This document shows, one piece after another, positions 1-9,823 of a stretch of DNA of 64,000 nucleotides; position 1 is the first letter of the stretch; the number at the start of each line of letters is the position of its first letter. The notes beneath the pieces were generated by a model. The model had not been told where the DNA came from, made no database searches, and was given only the letters and a program-made list of their open reading frames with translations. This DNA is from a bacterium. Its GTDB lineage: Bacteria > Zhuqueibacterota > Zhuqueibacteria > Zhuqueibacterales > Zhuqueibacteraceae. The stretch covers positions 1 to 64,000 of the forward strand of contig JBIOXB010000168.1 of assembly GCA_044869275.1 (NCBI GenBank), given 5' to 3'. The position numbers and the translations under genes are program-made.

Positions 1-52
1 CGACGACCACGCGCGCAGCGCGAGAGGCTCTGGAAGAAGGATGCAAGAGGTG

Positions 53-1093
53 TCAGATTTCCTGCATCACTTGGCGCCGGCGCCGCGAAGCATTGCGCGC
101 CCGCAATCGTGCCGCGGCAAACTCCAGGATCCGGCACGTCATCTTGCCATAGTCCAAGCCGAGATGCGCCGCTGCGATCGGCATCACGGATTCGGGATCG
201 AGATCGGCATTGGGATTCACGTCGAGCACCACGGGATTGCCGTTCCACAAACGTATATCCATGCGCGCGTAGTCGCGGCAACGCATGGCGCGATACGCGC
301 GCACTGCCACGTCGCGCAGGGCAAGATTCAACTCTTCGTTGATCGGCGGAGGGCAGAGCCAGCCGATGCCGGACCAGCCCTCCGAGGCCGGATTGAATTT
401 CGATTCAAATGTGTAAAGCCGGTCGTGAATGTTTTTGTATTTGGAATAGTCGAGCTCGACCGGCATCAGGGCCTCCGGGTTGCGGTTGCCCCAGACCGCC
501 ACGTGAAATTCGCGGCCGTTGATGAAAGGCTCCACCAAAGCCTCGCTGCCGAATTCTTCTTCCACGCGGCAGATTTGCCGCACCAGCTCCGCACGGGATT
601 CCACCACCGAAGCGCGTGACACGCCGAAGCTGCAATGCTGGCCGACCGGCTTGACCATCGCGGGAAACACGGTCCAGTCTTTGGCCTCTTCATGCGTCAC
701 CGCGCGTCCCGGCGGCGTGGGCACGCCCGCCTCAAAAAGAATGCGTTTCACGGTTTCCTTGTTGACGGATTTTGCCAGGGTGCGCGCATTTGCGCCGGTG
801 TAAATGAAACCGCGTGCCTCCAAATCTTTGGCGACCACGGCGTCGGACCACGGAATGCCATCATAGCCTTCGCACCAATTGAAGATTACGGTCGTTTCGG
901 GATCATGATCGTTTAGCGGATCCAGATTGTGACGAATCTGAACCGGCTTGGCCTCAACGTCCCAGCGACGCAGGGATTTGGCCATGAACTCGAGCAGCCG
1001 CTTGGAATTCTTTTGATCCCCTTCGGGCCACGAGCTGTCGATGTTGTAGATCAAAACCACTTGGCCGAGAGAGGTGCGCTTGTTTGTCGCCAT
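53..1093 (-). CDS. D-alanine--D-alanine ligase-like ATP-grasp protein
   Basis: FNWCEG, VKP..CSFGV, VEPFINGREFHV, CRDYARMDIRL and VLDVNPN motifs; lacks the canonical Ddl N-terminal GGxSxE; start moved to MATNK. Confidence 0.8.
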   Translation of the reverse strand: MATNKRTSLGQVVLIYNIDSSWPEGDQKNSKRLLEFMAKSLRRWDVEAKPVQIRHNLDPLNDHDPETTVIFNWCEGYDGIPWSDAVVAKDLEARGFIYTGANARTLAKSVNKETVKRILFEAGVPTPPGRAVTHEEAKDWTVFPAMVKPVGQHCSFGVSRASVVESRAELVRQICRVEEEFGSEALVEPFINGREFHVAVWGNRNPEALMPVELDYSKYKNIHDRLYTFESKFNPASEGWSGIGWLCPPPINEELNLALRDVAVRAYRAMRCRDYARMDIRLWNGNPVVLDVNPNADLDPESVMPIAAAHLGLDYGKMTCRILEFAAARLRARNASRRRRQVMQEI

Positions 1094-1379
1094 GAATCGC
1101 TCCGGAAATTTCTTATACATGTTTGCGTGTTGGTGATGCTTGCAACGATTCATAAAAAAATTTTCTCATTTGCTCGTCGCATATGCGATGATAAACAGTG
1201 CAGACGAAAATTGCAAGTAATAATTGCATGGCCAGCGTGTTGTCACAAAGTTTTTTTATTCTGTGCATGTCAAAGTTCATTGCCGGCAAGGACAGTTCCC
1301 ATGAATCTTTAATTGCTCTGGGGAGTGGCGAGATGCCGCCGATACAAGGCGAGGATAGGGCTGGAGAAAATCTGAGGGA

Positions 1380-2552
1380 TCAACTTGATCGCGAGGTGGC
1401 ATAACTGGCGCGGGTCGTCTTCGATTTGCGGCGCGGCCTGGTTTTCCCCTCGCTCGCCGCTGCCACTTGATTCCGCCCGCGCGCTTTGGCTTCATATAAA
1501 GCCTGGTCCGCGAGCGATAGCAATGCATCACCTTCTTCTGCGTCTTCGGGAAAAGAAGCGAGGCCGACGGAAGCGGTGAGACGGCCGAAAGGCTGGTGCT
1601 CCGCTTTGGGGAAGGCGGCATTCTCAATCGCGCGGCGCAGCTTTTCCGCCACTTGCTTGCCGTGCACCTTGTCGATTTCCGGCAAAATGACCACAAACTC
1701 CTCCCCGCCATAGCGTGCGAGAATATCGGCTTGGCGAATGCTTGCCTCCAATACGTGCGCGGCCATGCGCAGCACTTTGTCGCCCAGCAAATGGCCGTGC
1801 GCATCGTTGAATTTCTTGAAATGATCGAGGTCGAGCATGATCACCGACAGCGGCCGTTGATAACGCGACGCCCGCATGAACTCCGTGGCATAGCGCTCGT
1901 TGAAATAGCGGCGATTGAAAATGCCGGTCAAAGGATCGGTAATGGATAGCGCTCGCGTTTGGTGATACAGAAAGATTTTGTCCAGCACTTGTGCGAGCTG
2001 TTCGGCAATTTTGCGCAGCAGGCGGATTTCATTTGGGGAAAAGCTGTTGGGCTGGCGCCGGTAGAGATTGAGCACGCCCAACGCCCGCGCGTGGCCGTGA
2101 ATGAACAGCGGCAGCGAGAGAAAGGCCCCTTCCCGCCGCCGGCGGCCGGGATGAAGCGGTGAATGCGTCGCGGCGGTTTTAAGATCGGGGAGATAGAAAC
2201 TATGTTTGCGCCGCACCACCTTGCCGAAAACCGTGCCTTCCAGGCTGAGGTCTTGTTGCGGCGCGCGCGTAAAACCGAAATAACTTTTGAGGCGGAGGGT
2301 CTTACCGTCCTCTGCCAGCAACATGACGGAATATTGCTGCGGCCGGAACATTTCGCGGACGATCTTCTTGACTTCACGCAGCGTGCGATTCACGTCCATT
2401 TCCGCCGTCAGGGTTGCCGCGATTTTATAAAGATAGTAATACTCTCGAAACAATTCGCTGGGATGCGCGTTGCCGGGTTGAAGGAAGGCGCGACGCCGCC
2501 CGAAAGGAGAAGCGATCTTGTGGGCAGCGGCGTTTTTGGGGTTCCTCGCCAT
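1380..2552 (-). CDS. GAF-GGDEF diguanylate cyclase
   Basis: GAF-like N-terminal half; TDPLTGIFNRR, DLDHFKKFND, RQAD I-site and RYGGEEF. Confidence 0.92.
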   Translation of the reverse strand: MARNPKNAAAHKIASPFGRRRAFLQPGNAHPSELFREYYYLYKIAATLTAEMDVNRTLREVKKIVREMFRPQQYSVMLLAEDGKTLRLKSYFGFTRAPQQDLSLEGTVFGKVVRRKHSFYLPDLKTAATHSPLHPGRRRREGAFLSLPLFIHGHARALGVLNLYRRQPNSFSPNEIRLLRKIAEQLAQVLDKIFLYHQTRALSITDPLTGIFNRRYFNERYATEFMRASRYQRPLSVIMLDLDHFKKFNDAHGHLLGDKVLRMAAHVLEASIRQADILARYGGEEFVVILPEIDKVHGKQVAEKLRRAIENAAFPKAEHQPFGRLTASVGLASFPEDAEEGDALLSLADQALYEAKARGRNQVAAASEGKTRPRRKSKTTRASYATSRSS

Positions 2553-2591
2553 GTTGCCAAGCTCCGATGTGAGTGCGTGCTGCGAAACGCT

Positions 2592-3173
2592 TCAAACAGG
2601 CATCAAGTCCTGTGCGGGAGCGTTGGGCAAGGGTCTGAAAATCGAAAGGTATTTCAGCAAGCTGTCGTACTTCAGGTCGATGCTGTGGTGCTCGGCCACG
2701 CGCACCTGAAAGTTGTACAACGGATCGCGCTGCGGATTCTGCAGGCATACGCGCAGCTTGGCGTTGCTGACGTGGCACAAGCAGGAGGCGAGCAAATTGA
2801 AAGTGCAATTGAGATCGACGACCAGGTCAAAGCGGCGGGTGCGGATGAGGTCTTGTAGCTCTTTTTTGGGCAAACCGTGAAAGCCGACCTGATCGGCGTC
2901 ATATGTGAGGATTTGAAAGTTTTCATGGCTACCGGCGCTTGCGGCAAAGCTGTTTTCGACGAGCAGGGAAAAATGCGCGTCCGGAAAAATCTGCAGCAAT
3001 TCCGGAAAGAGTCGGGCCGCCGGCAAATATTCCTGTGGATCCGCGGGCGCGATGATCAGAGCCGTCAGGATTTGAGAGAGATGATCCTGCATGTCGATCA
3101 CCTCTTCCTGGCTCTGCATGCGCGCATACGACAAATATGCGAGCTCGGTAATTTTTTGAATCAAATTGCTCAT
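2592..3173 (-). CDS. hypothetical protein, DUF6913-like
   Basis: FHGLPK..RRFDLVVDLN..SNAKLRV..YNF pattern; start uncertain. Confidence 0.55.
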   Translation of the reverse strand: MSNLIQKITELAYLSYARMQSQEEVIDMQDHLSQILTALIIAPADPQEYLPAARLFPELLQIFPDAHFSLLVENSFAASAGSHENFQILTYDADQVGFHGLPKKELQDLIRTRRFDLVVDLNCTFNLLASCLCHVSNAKLRVCLQNPQRDPLYNFQVRVAEHHSIDLKYDSLLKYLSIFRPLPNAPAQDLMPV

Positions 3174-3352
3174 GATTTCCGTTTGGGGGGTTCGCGCGAA
3201 ACCGGATTGAAATATAAGCTGCGCCGCCAAGGTTGTCAATAACAATTTCTTGCTCGCTCCCTCGTGAGGGGGACGGCGGGTGGCCACCGCGAGCCTGGCA
3301 CGGGGTGTGGACATGGGTGTTTTGCGAAATTTATGCAATGATTTTCAAGTTA

Positions 3353-5332
3353 TCAACGCGCCCAATCGATTTGCACTCCCCAAGCCCGCTGGGTTTGCGC
3401 CAGAAACGTTGATACTTCCCGATTGGTTTCGGCAAATTTAAGGCCCAATCTGGCATGGCCGAAGGCCTTGAGATGTAAATAGATATACCTTCTGGCGCCG
3501 CGTTCGCGGAGGGCCTGCACCGTAAAAATGCCGGGAAGATCGTTTTCGTAATAATAGACCGGAACTGCCGTGTCAAAAACCGCCTGCCCGAAACTGAAAT
3601 GAATTCTCGCTGAAATTCGCCAGGCAAAATCGAGCGATAAGGCCGCACCCCACGGGCCGGCGGTGTTTTGGCGCCGCAATGTGGGCTGGTACCCGGGCGC
3701 AGTTGCCAGCGTGAGAATTACAGTTTGCTGGCGCAGTTCTCGCGCAAAATCCAAGCGCGGACGCAACCGCAGCCTGTCCGCGAACCACTGCGCCAGCTCG
3801 AATCGAATGGTCTCTATCTGTTGTGGCAATTGTGGCGCGGCAAGGACGCCGGAATTGCGGTGCGCAAGATACTCATTGCCGCTGCGATGATAACGCAGCA
3901 AGAAATGCAATTGCCTATGCGCCTTCCAGGTAATAGTGCCGCCGCAGCGCCGGTGCTGCGGCGGAAAAGGAAGGGTGGAGGTCTGCCAGAGATTTTGCGC
4001 GCGCTGATAATAAAACTCTCCCGTCACAGCGGGCACCGGCTGGCAAGTCAATCCCGCTTCATATCCGGTTGCGCCGGCGGGGGTGTTCGTGCCCTCCGAG
4101 GGATTGAGGCCGTGGGGGCTGTGAAAATCGACTTCGGCGTAATGCCACGCCATGGTCCAGGCCCAGTGTCTTTGCTCGCCGGCGACAATCACGGAACCTG
4201 CCTTCCCGCCGCTGCGCGAGGCCGCGATTTCAAAGCTGCCGTACAAATCCCTTTCGCGCCAATGCCCGGTTAGACTCGCGACGGCGTTGTGCTTCCCGGT
4301 GAACGCGAAATGATCCACGGCGGCATCATCGGCCTGCCACGGGTGCGAGTAATGTGCCGTATAAACCAGCAGGCCCAAAGCATGCCCGGCGGTCCCGATT
4401 TGCAAGCCGCCGCCCCAGGCCCTTTCTTGCAGATTTTTTTGTTCCGAGATTTCTCGTGTACTGCGATGATATCCCGAGTCGTTATAGCGCACCGCATGCG
4501 TGGTCCCGCGAAAATGGGCGTCATATTTTTGCGCGCTGGCGAAGCTCAAAATTTGCAGTGCCCGCCAGTGCCGCAGCACGGCGCCGCCATACAGTGAAGA
4601 ATTCTCAGACGAAGAAAGAAACGGCCGCACGCCCCGGCCGCGATGCCGCGCCGGCGCATGCACGTCGGAGGAAATGCTGGTGAGGTAAGGGCTCCAAAAA
4701 GCCAGCCCGTGCCCCCATTCGATTTGATAACTTCCCGCGATCATCCTCCAGCCCTGCTCGGCACGCTGCCCTTGCCATTGCAAATAGAAGGCACGATGAT
4801 CATCCCATCTGCTCTCCCCGGCATCGCGCTCGAACAGCGCGCCGGTTTGAATTTCTCCCCACTGCACCTGCAGCCGTTGATAGTGGCGGTATGCGGGGCC
4901 GGGCCAGCGCGGATCGATCTCCGGCGGCCTGCCGATGCGCCAGCGCACGTTCGCCTGCCAGGGTTGCTCTGCCTTCACACCCGGCGGCGCAGAGGTTTTG
5001 AAAACGTGACGGCAGAGCGCGAGCGTGTCTCCGCTGACGCGCAACGCGGCGAGCGCTTCCTCGAGATTGGAATAATAGACGGCAGTTTTGCGGTGGGCAA
5101 GAAAGGCGGCGATTTGTTCGCGGGAAAGAAAAGGCAGCCGCAGCAACTCTGCCGGCGCCGCCAGATTCAAGTCCAGCGGAGCAGCAAGCAGTTCTTGCAA
5201 AATGTTTTCGGCGCCGTCGCCGCTTTCTTGTTCTTGTTGGAAAAACTTTTCGAGCAGCGCTTCTTGCGCGAAGCAGGACGTGAAGAAAGAAGCGAGCACA
5301 GCGAGGCGAAACCCCCTGAGACCTGAAGGCAT
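3353..5332 (-). CDS. ComEA-like helix-hairpin-helix protein with a probable C-terminal beta-barrel
   Basis: Signal peptide; PLDLNLAAPAELLRLPFLS HhH motif; ERDAGE, SGYHR and YYYENDLP motifs of the Bacteroidota-type family. Confidence 0.7.
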   Translation of the reverse strand: MPSGLRGFRLAVLASFFTSCFAQEALLEKFFQQEQESGDGAENILQELLAAPLDLNLAAPAELLRLPFLSREQIAAFLAHRKTAVYYSNLEEALAALRVSGDTLALCRHVFKTSAPPGVKAEQPWQANVRWRIGRPPEIDPRWPGPAYRHYQRLQVQWGEIQTGALFERDAGESRWDDHRAFYLQWQGQRAEQGWRMIAGSYQIEWGHGLAFWSPYLTSISSDVHAPARHRGRGVRPFLSSSENSSLYGGAVLRHWRALQILSFASAQKYDAHFRGTTHAVRYNDSGYHRSTREISEQKNLQERAWGGGLQIGTAGHALGLLVYTAHYSHPWQADDAAVDHFAFTGKHNAVASLTGHWRERDLYGSFEIAASRSGGKAGSVIVAGEQRHWAWTMAWHYAEVDFHSPHGLNPSEGTNTPAGATGYEAGLTCQPVPAVTGEFYYQRAQNLWQTSTLPFPPQHRRCGGTITWKAHRQLHFLLRYHRSGNEYLAHRNSGVLAAPQLPQQIETIRFELAQWFADRLRLRPRLDFARELRQQTVILTLATAPGYQPTLRRQNTAGPWGAALSLDFAWRISARIHFSFGQAVFDTAVPVYYYENDLPGIFTVQALRERGARRYIYLHLKAFGHARLGLKFAETNREVSTFLAQTQRAWGVQIDWAR

Positions 5333-5426
5333 GATTCCCGACCCCCGAGAATATGTTCGCGCGTTTATGCGGGCGTTCGGGAGCACTCCCGCGACCGCAA
5401 CCGGCGGCACCCGAGTAAGGTTACGA

Positions 5427-5678
5427 CTAAATTTGCGCGGCCGGGATCCCCTGTTCGATCAGCATGATCGGAATGCCGTCATCGACGCGATAGATCGTTT
5501 TGCGGTCGCGCGTGATCAACGCTTCGGCAACCGGCTTTTTCACCATGGCGCCGTCGGCTTGTTTGACCCTGCTTTCCGCGATGGCGCGGTTCAACTTTTC
5601 CAAATCTCCCGCCGCAAGCAGTTCCACCGGCACTTTGGATTGCGGGCAGCAGAGGATCTGCAACAACTCCTGATCCAT
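5427..5678 (-). CDS. Trm112 family protein
   Basis: MDQELLQILCCP..YRVDDGIPIML; AAGGAG RBS. Confidence 0.85.
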   Translation of the reverse strand: MDQELLQILCCPQSKVPVELLAAGDLEKLNRAIAESRVKQADGAMVKKPVAEALITRDRKTIYRVDDGIPIMLIEQGIPAAQI

Positions 5679-5726
5679 GAGCACTCCTTAAGAACGAATA
5701 TGGCCTTACGCATGACGGTTTACGTT

Positions 5727-6128
5727 TTAAGCATGATGGCACGTGTCGCACACCTGGCACAAACGGCGGTTGATCAAATGCGCGCCTGCGACGGCAATCC
5801 CGCCCAAGACGACAAGCGTGGTTTCCCAAAACTGAGCAGTGTGGCCGATGCCCCATCTGCCGATCACCAAGAGCACAATGCCACCCAGCAATAAACCGAG
5901 CGCGCGGAATTGGCGATGATGCGAGTATCCATGCAGCAGCGAAGTGAGACCCAACACGATGGCGAGAACGACCACGCTATTTTCGAGCCAGGGGGCCGCC
6001 CAAAAGCTCGCGCCGAGCAACGGCAGTAAAGCGATCACCACCGGCGTAAGCAAGCAATGCACCGCGCATGCGGTCGAAGCGAGGGCACCCAGGAAATCCA
6101 GGTGTCGGGAAATCGTTTTTTCGGCCAT
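5727..6128 (-). CDS. MerC domain-containing membrane protein
   Basis: LDFLGALASTACAVHCL motif, about 4 TM helices, AHLIN, Cys/His-rich tail. Confidence 0.85.
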   Translation of the reverse strand: MAEKTISRHLDFLGALASTACAVHCLLTPVVIALLPLLGASFWAAPWLENSVVVLAIVLGLTSLLHGYSHHRQFRALGLLLGGIVLLVIGRWGIGHTAQFWETTLVVLGGIAVAGAHLINRRLCQVCDTCHHA

Positions 6129-6255
6129 AGTAGCGGGGAAAAAGGCGGCAAGAGAACAAGCGTCAGAATGATTGCGTTGAATACAATCCCATGAACGGGC
6201 CTTCAAGTGAGCCCTGCCGGAATGATCAATTGGCAATGCTGCGCATGCCGGGGTC

Positions 6256-6570
6256 TCACTCTGTCGCGACCGCCTTGGCTTTCTTCGCGTTTTTCGCCGC
6301 GACGGCCGAGGCATCTTTCTTCGAGGTGCCGAAATGCAGCTTCTCGCCGCGGGCGCGCATCTCGCGCAGCACCTTCTCAATGCCCACGCGATCGATGATC
6401 TTCATGCCGTGCGTGGAAACCGTCAAGGTCACGAAGCGGTTTTCGTCCGGCACCCAATATCTTTTCTTCTTTAAATTGGGCATGAAACGCCGCTTATTGA
6501 CGTTGTGAGCGTGGCTAATTTGATTGCCACTCGCCGGTTTTTTACCTGTCACTTGACAACGACGCGCCAT
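6256..6570 (-). CDS. rpmB: 50S ribosomal protein L28
   Basis: [27 protein letters not shown]; Lys/Ala-rich C-terminal extension. Confidence 0.97.
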   Translation of the reverse strand: MARRCQVTGKKPASGNQISHAHNVNKRRFMPNLKKKRYWVPDENRFVTLTVSTHGMKIIDRVGIEKVLREMRARGEKLHFGTSKKDASAVAAKNAKKAKAVATE

Positions 6571-6703
6571 GGTATGACACCTTTCCGAGATTATTGCGAA
6601 AATCCATAGACTTTTTACGTATTACGTATTACTCTTCCAATACGTAATCCGCGAGACGTAAGCCGCGGCAGCTCGTTGGGCTGCGGCTGGTGCAAACAGT
6701 GTA

Positions 6704-6880
6704 TTATTGAATCTTGTCCAGCTCATCCAAGCTTCTCACGCGCACGAAGCGCTCGTTGAATTTCCAGCTTCTACCGTCAGCGGATTTTTTGGATTCGATC
6801 AATTTGACCACCAAGCCTTCTTCAGCGGCTTTGGCTTTTTGCTTGGCGACTTTTTCACCGAAAGACTGTTGCTTGGCCAT
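6704..6880 (-). CDS. 58-aa basic protein, DUF4295-like (not in ORF track)
   Basis: Hand translation MAKQQSFGEKVAKQKAKAAEEGLVVKLIESKKSADGRSWKFNERFVRVRSLDELDKIQ*; GAGGAG RBS; promoter upstream. Confidence 0.75.
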   Translation of the reverse strand: MAKQQSFGEKVAKQKAKAAEEGLVVKLIESKKSADGRSWKFNERFVRVRSLDELDKIQ

Positions 6881-6941
6881 GAGTAATACTCCTCACAAAC
6901 GAACTTATGTTGGTTTTGGGACGATTCGGAAAACGGCCATT

Positions 6942-6970
6942 ATTGTAAGATTTTAGCCCAAAAAATGCAA
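6942..6970 (-). promoter_or_regulatory. sigma70-type promoter for the 58-aa ORF and rpmB
   Basis: TTGCAT-N17-TACAAT on the minus strand. Confidence 0.6.
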
Positions 6971-7108
6971 GCCAAATTTTGGCAGAAAACTGGCATTGCT
7001 ATGATGTATGGATGATCACCCTATCAAGCCAGACGACAAAGAATTATTACCCCAGGTAAAGTGATCTTGGTGAAAGTGCACAATCAAGTTCAGCGCGAGA
7101 AAAAGATG

Positions 7109-7513
7109 CTATCGCCACACGGCCAGAATCGCGCCCATGAGCAGCAGGGAAACCAGATAGAAGCCGCTATTGATGAAGAAAAGACCAAATGGTCTGTGTT
7201 CGAACAAATGGTTGGCGATGCTGGTCGTGGCGACAAAACCCAGCCACGCCCAGAAGCCGGTTTGCGCACCCTGCACCAGCGTGGTCGCCTCGGCGTAACT
7301 GACGAAATGCGCCAGGACGTACGCCATGACTAAAGCGCTCACAAAAGTGCCCATGTAAGCTTTTCCGGCACTTCCGCTTTGTTTGATTTGCTCCTCTGTT
7401 ATACCAACGAGCGCCATCCACTTTTTTGCAAAAAGAAGAGGCGAATACCATAATCCGCCGAGCAAGAAATTGGCTATGGCTGCCACGAGCACAGCAAGAT
7501 AGTTCATGGACAT
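7109..7513 (-). CDS. DUF1761 family membrane protein
   Basis: NYLAVLVAA..GGLWYSPLLF.K.WM; LFE..INSG. Confidence 0.85.
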   Translation of the reverse strand: MSMNYLAVLVAAIANFLLGGLWYSPLLFAKKWMALVGITEEQIKQSGSAGKAYMGTFVSALVMAYVLAHFVSYAEATTLVQGAQTGFWAWLGFVATTSIANHLFEHRPFGLFFINSGFYLVSLLLMGAILAVWR

Positions 7514-7583
7514 ACCTCACCTCCGTTGAGTTTTGACGACTGACCGATAAACCATGGGATCGTCTTCCACCAAGATCACGAGT

Positions 7584-9023
7584 TCAGTCTTTTACAATCA
7601 TGCCCCCCTCGCGCTGCCAAGCCTCGAAGCCGCCGGCAAGCTGCGCGGCGTCGAACCCATGACGCAACAAGAATCCCATCGCATAAGCCGAGCGGCTCTG
7701 TGCGAGGCAATGTACCAATAGCGGCCGATCTCGTGGAATCTCTGGCATGCGCGGCAGCAAGCGCGTGTGCGCGACGTTGAGGGCGCCAGGCAGATGGCCA
7801 GCAGCATATTCCGCAGCGCCGCGCACATCGAGCACCACGGCCTCGCCGAGCTCTGGCCGCTCTTTCAATTCGCGAATGTCAATTGATCGCGCAGTTTCGG
7901 TGGATCCGCCTTGTTCGCGGTATTGGGCGAGCGTGGCCGGCGTGGCAAAACCGGCAATATTATCCAATCCGATACGAATGAGATCGATGACGGCTTCTTT
8001 CAGCCGAGGCTCAGCGACGATCAAATAAATCGGCTGATCGGCTTCAATGTATGAACCAGCAATGGTGGGAAAGGCTTTATTCAAGGGCGCGAACAAGGCG
8101 CCCGGCACATGGCCCCGGCTGTACTCCGGCCATTTGCGAGTATCAGCCAGCACGGCCTTCGCTGCCACAAGCCGTTGCAGTTCTTGGGAATTGATTTGCG
8201 GCGGCTCGGGCAACTTGCCTAGCAGGCGCGGACCCATTTTGTTTTCGTGTTTCATGCGCGCGAAATAATAGGGAGGATCAGGCTGTCCCGCGACAATGTG
8301 TTGTATGAAACGTTCCTCATTGTCACTCTCGACGACTGCCGCATTGAATCTCTTTTCATAGCCCACGGTGGTCTGCGGTACCGCGCCCAAGGATTTGCCG
8401 CACGCGCTGCCCGCGCCGTGCGCAGGCCAGACCTGTAAGAATTCGGGCAATTCTTTAAAGCGCTGCAATGAACGAAACAGCATGCGCGCGGATATTTCCG
8501 TTGCGCCCGCTTGACCCGCAGCCGTTTCCAGCAAATCCGGCCGGCCCACATCGCCAACGAAAACGAAGTCCCCCGAGGCAATCCCCATGGGGACATGTGC
8601 GCCGCCGCCGGCATCGGTGACGACAAAGCTGAGATGCTCGGGAGTGTGTCCGGGCGTGTGCAGGGCTTTGATTTGAATCATTCCCAGGCGAAAGCTTTCG
8701 CCGTCTCGCAAAAGCTGATGAGAGTAACTTCCTCCGTTGTGCCTCTGGTTCAGCCATTGGTATTTCCAATCGGCGTCGCCTTCATCGGAAAGATAGAGCT
8801 TGGCGCCGGTGCGCTCCGCCAGCTCGCGGCTGCCGGAAAGAAAATCCGCATGAATATGCGTTTCGGCGATTGCCGTGATTTTCATACCAGCTTCTGCGGC
8901 AGCCTCCAGGTAGCGATCGACATCTCTCTCGGGATCGATGACGAGCACTTCATTGCTGCGCTGGCAGCCGATAAAGTATGAAGCTTGCGCGAGCTTGTCG
9001 TCGTAAAGCATGCGGAAGAGCAT
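7584..9023 (-). CDS. MBL-fold persulfide dioxygenase-like protein fused to rhodanese domains
   Basis: ETHIHADF, HTPGHTPEH, GD..FVGDVGRPDL, PAHGAGSACG; two rhodanese domains. Confidence 0.9.
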   Translation of the reverse strand: MLFRMLYDDKLAQASYFIGCQRSNEVLVIDPERDVDRYLEAAAEAGMKITAIAETHIHADFLSGSRELAERTGAKLYLSDEGDADWKYQWLNQRHNGGSYSHQLLRDGESFRLGMIQIKALHTPGHTPEHLSFVVTDAGGGAHVPMGIASGDFVFVGDVGRPDLLETAAGQAGATEISARMLFRSLQRFKELPEFLQVWPAHGAGSACGKSLGAVPQTTVGYEKRFNAAVVESDNEERFIQHIVAGQPDPPYYFARMKHENKMGPRLLGKLPEPPQINSQELQRLVAAKAVLADTRKWPEYSRGHVPGALFAPLNKAFPTIAGSYIEADQPIYLIVAEPRLKEAVIDLIRIGLDNIAGFATPATLAQYREQGGSTETARSIDIRELKERPELGEAVVLDVRGAAEYAAGHLPGALNVAHTRLLPRMPEIPRDRPLLVHCLAQSRSAYAMGFLLRHGFDAAQLAGGFEAWQREGGMIVKD

Positions 9024-9148
9024 GGGCGGCTCCTTTGAAGTTCTGTGAATGATGCTGAATGGCCAGCGTCCGGCAATGCATGATGCTCGTTCCTGAGATC
9101 TTCAAACGCGAGCGTAGAAATGCTCGCCACGCCGGTGGCGGCCATAAG

Positions 9149-9816
9149 TCAATTGCCGAGAGGGGCACATCTCAGCGCATATGCACCAGCCGCCCTGATC
9201 GTTACATCCCCGGTAGCGGCGCCATATTCGACCAGCGTTGCGCCATAATGCAGCGCACGAAATCGCGCGCTGCCAAGTCGCCTCGCCGATCTCGCCGTAA
9301 GCATGCTTGAAATCCTCTCGTGCCTCTGGCGGTAGAAAACTGAAGGCGATGGAGAGATCGACGGCGGGATCTCCAAGATGAACGTCGCCCCAATCAATCA
9401 CACCGGCGAGATGGCCCCGATGATACAGCAGGTGCCGCGCGTAGAAATCGCCGTGAGTCCAGGCATGGGGCATGGCCGGCATCGGCGTGGCCGAAAGCTC
9501 CTCTACCAGCGCCAACAAGGCATCGACTTCATTTTGGCGAAAGCGCGCCGCATTCGCTCGCAGCCGCTCTTGGAGTTTGGGCGCCCGCTGTTTCACATTG
9601 GCGCGCTCGATCTCGTCTCCTGGGGCCCAGCGCAGGGTTTCGGCATCGATTGCGATGCGGAAAGCGGAACACCCAGCGCGTGTTGGCCAGAAACGCCACG
9701 TTGTCCCATCCTGTTCCCAATGGCGCCAGCCTCACGGGGCCAAGCTCAGGGAACTGGCTCTCAATCAGAATGGCGGCCTTTGACGTCGTGATCTCAACGT
9801 CGGCATCCCATTGCAT
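9149..9816 (-). pseudogene. aminoglycoside phosphotransferase-family pseudogene
   Basis: GTGWDN..VFRFP N-terminus, HGDF..H and VIDWGD core, and C-terminus lie in separate frames; the middle region is missing. Confidence 0.75.
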
Positions 9817-9823
9817 TTTCACT

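Noticed and set aside
5727..6128. Mercury resistance operon
   Set aside because: MerC-domain gene only; no merA, merR, merP or merT
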